Below are positions 45,686-48,847 of a stretch of DNA of 48,847 bases, piece by piece. The stretch spans positions 1 to 48,847 of the forward strand of contig QPMI01000705.1 of assembly GCA_004431415.1 (NCBI GenBank), given 5' to 3'. Each line of letters begins with the position of its first letter. Position 1 is the first letter of the stretch. The notes beneath the pieces were generated by a model. That model did no database searches. It saw nothing but the letters and a program-made list of their open reading frames with translations, and was not told where the DNA came from. This stretch comes from Cyanophora paradoxa CCMP329. Lineage: Eukaryota > Plantae > Glaucophyta. The translations under genes and the position numbers were made by a program.

Positions 45686-46658
45686 TTATGTATTTTGAAT
45701 AATTGATAATGCTCGTTTCTTGACTTCGGGCGATTGTAAAGAGAACATTGTTAAAATTTCTTCACTAAAATACGTGCAGCTTGAGAATGATATCTATTAG
45801 GATTCGTTATAATGGAAAGCATTCTTTTAATAGTAATATTTTCAATTCGACACCAATGAAGAATTCCTAACTCCAGTTCCTTTGCAATAGCTGAAACAGA
45901 AACAAATGCAGCTCCTAAACCAGATTGAACGGCATTTTTTATTGATTCAATAGAATTTAATTCCATTTCAACGCGGAATAAATTACTATCAATTCCATTT
46001 TGTGCTAAAACTTTGTCAATTACTTTTCGAATCGCAGATTGTGCATCTAATGCAATAAATTTTAATCGATATAAATCTTCTTTTTGAATTGATTCTAATT
46101 TAGCAAAAGGGTGCGATTTTGGTAAAATTAAAACTAATTCATCTTCGGCATATGGTGTTATTGTTAAACTTTCTTGTAATTCGTGAGGAACTTCACCACC
46201 AATAACAGCTAAGTCAACTTGTCCATTTGCAATATTCCATGAAATACGTCGTGTCGAATGTACATGTAATTTAACTGTAACTTGAGGATAACGTTGACGA
46301 AATAATCCAATTAACCTTGGCATTAAATATGTTCCAGTTGTTTGACTTGCACCAATTACTAACGTTCCACCTTGTAAATTTCTTAAATCTTCTAAAGCAT
46401 GACACGTTTCTTCACATAAAGCCAGAATACAATCTCCATATCGTAATAGTAAATGTCCTGCTTCAGTCATTAAAGCGCGTCGTCCACTCCTATCGAATAA
46501 GGCAATATTTAATTTTTCTCCAATGTTTGAATTTGTAAACTAATGGCTGGTTGAGTCATATATAAACTTTCGGCAGCTTTTTTAAAACTTCCCTCTGTCG
46601 CAATAGCTTTCAGAATTCGTAATTGTTCTAACGAAAAAGGTAATTCTTCAACTTTCAT
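45686..46658 (-). CDS. ycf30: LysR-family regulator Ycf30/RbcR; two apparent -1 frameshifts
   Basis: [36 protein letters not shown]; [13 protein letters not shown]; 324 aa if restored. Confidence 0.93.
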
Positions 46659-46737
46659 TTTATTAAATTTTCTATTTTTTATTCTTTTTAAATAATTTTG
46701 AAAAAGAATAATTCTTTTTCAAAAATATTTAATATAA

Positions 46738-46854
46738 CTAAACTTTACTACCAGTACGTCTCCATTGTTCAATGGCTAATTTGCCAATATTATATACAGC
46801 CCAACCTAATGCAATACCAAGAGGTAAAAGTACAACAACTAAACGCATACTCAT
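46738..46854 (-). CDS. psbY: Photosystem II protein Y (ycf32)
   Basis: MSMRLVVVLLPLGIALGWAVYNIGKLAIEQWRRTGSKV. Confidence 0.95.
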   Translation of the reverse strand: MSMRLVVVLLPLGIALGWAVYNIGKLAIEQWRRTGSKV

Positions 46855-47044
46855 AACTAAGTCCGTCCTTTAATTTATTAAATCAGTATAATATATCTAT
46901 TTAATAATAGTTATATATCTCAATGATAAGATGATTCTAGATAGATAATTTGACTATTTAAAAATTTTTTATTTTAAAAATTTAATTTGTTTAAAAATTA
47001 ATAATAAATCTTTCTCCACTTAATAATATCAAAAAATAATTAAA

Positions 47045-47621
47045 CTAAACTTTTATTATTGGTGAGAAAATTTCAAAATTATTGTTATTGGAAAATTATT
47101 ATACCAAATTAAATAATAACGACTCCAGAAAGGACCTTTTTGTTAAATTGTTTTTCTAAAGATTTTGAATTAATTAATAGAATTTTCTTAAGTCACGATA
47201 AAATTCAATTTTTAATTGTGCTAAATTTGACCAAATAGGTTGTTCTTTATCTAAAAAAAAAGAATTTATAGTATTTTCTGACCACCAGGATGTTGCATAA
47301 ATTAATGGTTCAACTTCATTAGAGTATAAAAAAATATTTCGTTGAATTATAGGAATTTTAATCGGTTGGGTTAAGTATGAAATAAATGATGTAGTAAATT
47401 AATTGGTGATTCTTCTAATAATTTTACATTTATTTTTTATTTTTTAAAAGTTGAAGTTGTTTAGTTAATGATCCATCATTTAATAGTAAAAATTGCCAAT
47501 ATTTATCAATAAGTGTTGATTCGATTCCTTTATTAAACAATTCACTTTGACCAATCCATAGAATCTCAAATTCTATTTTTTCTTCTTTTAAATTATCCGA
47601 TATTAATTGAAAATTTGTCAT
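47045..47621 (-). CDS. ycf21: Ycf21 (chorismate lyase-like, DUF98); several frameshifts
   Basis: WQFLLLNDGSLTKQL; LIYATSWW; PIWSNL; FWSRYY; 3' end approximate. Confidence 0.82.
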
Positions 47622-47814
47622 TTTAGATCTTCGATATTCAGTTATTTATATAAATAATAAAAATTATTTAATTCACAAAATATTTAAATATTTTAATTAT
47701 TGGATTTTTTTTTTAATTTTTTTTAATCACCTTCTACTATTTTTTTTTGATAAAAAAATAAAATATTTTAATTTATAATTTCTTTTACTATTAAAAAATT
47801 ATATAAGGAAAATA

Positions 47815-48658
47815 ATGAAATTAGCTGTTTATGGAAAAGGTGGAATTGGCAAAAGTACTACTAGTTGTAATATTTCTGTTGCTTTAGCAAACGCGGAAAA
47901 AAAGTATTACAAATTGGATGTGATCCAAACATGATAGTACTTTTACCTTAACAGGTCATTTAATTCCTACAATTATTGATACACTCCAAGAAAAAGATTT
48001 TCATTATGAAGATATTTGGCCTGAAGACGTTATTTATAAAGGGTATGCTGGAGTTGATTGTGTAGAGGCAGGAGGGCCACCAGCAGGTGCTGGTTGCGGT
48101 GGATATGTTGTAGGCGAAACTGTTAAATTATTAAAAGAATTAAACGCTTTTGATGAATATGATATTATTCTATTTGATGTTTTAGGAGACGTTGTTTGTG
48201 GTGGATTTGCTTCTCCATTAAATTATGCTGATTATTGTTTGATTGTTACAGATAATGGTTTTGATGCGTTATTTGCAGCAAATCGTATTGCTGCTTCTGT
48301 ACGAGAGAAAGCTCGAACTCATCAATTACGGTTAGCTGGTTTAATTGGAAATAGAACCACTAAGTCAGATTTAATTGAAAAATATACGGAAAATGTTCCA
48401 ATTCTTATTTTACAATTATTACCTTTAATTGAAGATATTCGAATTTCAAGAGTAAAAGGAAAACATTATTTGAAATGAGTGAATCCAACCAGAACTTAGT
48501 CCAATTTGTGATTATTATTTAAATATTGCAGATCAGATTTAGCAAAACCAGAAGGTATTATTCCTAATGAAGTTTTAGATCGTGATTTATTTACTCTTTT
48601 ATCAGATTTTTATTTAAATATGGATTCTTCAGAATCTTCAAATTTAACACTTGTTTAA
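47815..48658 (+). CDS. chlL: Dark-operative protochlorophyllide reductase Fe protein; several frameshifts
   Basis: [14 protein letters not shown]; [13 protein letters not shown]; [12 protein letters not shown]. Confidence 0.95.
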
Positions 48659-48688
48659 TTTTTTATTATTTCTTACTTATTAATCACT

Positions 48689-48847
48689 ATGAACCAAATA
48701 AACAATTCTACTTTAACTTTTCAATGTGAAACAGGAAATTATCATACATTTTGTCCATTAGCTGTGTTGCTTGGTTATATCAAAAATTGAAGATAGTTTT
48801 CTTGTAATAGGAACTAAAATTGTGGTTATTTTCTACAAAATAGTATG
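48689..48847 (+). CDS. chlN: Protochlorophyllide reductase subunit N, 5' fragment with frameshifts
   Basis: MNQINNSTLTFQCETGNYHTFCP..CVAWLYQK; follows chlL. Confidence 0.92.

Overview
Very AT-rich plastid genome segment from a glaucophyte (cyanelle/muroplast), most consistent with Cyanophora paradoxa. The evidence is plastid-encoded form IB rbcL+rbcS, phycobiliprotein genes, groES-groEL, ftsW, mntAB, crtE, symerythrin and tmRNA. It runs from the 5' end of rpoB and ssrA through photosystem, ATPase and ribosomal genes, then a clpP-groESL-trnC-dnaK-rRNA block (probably one inverted-repeat copy), then trpG, ccsA, rps6, ftsW, psaC, ycf23, mntBA, a hidden ftsQ, apcF, rpl34, ycf35, cpcBA, crtE, ycf30, psbY, ycf21 and chlL, ending inside chlN. 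From about 32 kb onward, single-base homopolymer deletions break many genes, increasingly toward the window end; this is most likely long-read assembly error. Highlights: an FtsQ homolog split across three ORFs that, with ftsW, forms a plastid-encoded peptidoglycan divisome remnant; a CIRCE-like operator at groES; an HLR1/RpaB-type site at ycf17; tRNA-Ile2 with a long variable arm; many long loopless palindromes; and an unexplained multi-hairpin element between psbM and trnL(GAG). Family assignments come from motif recognition by eye, not database searches.
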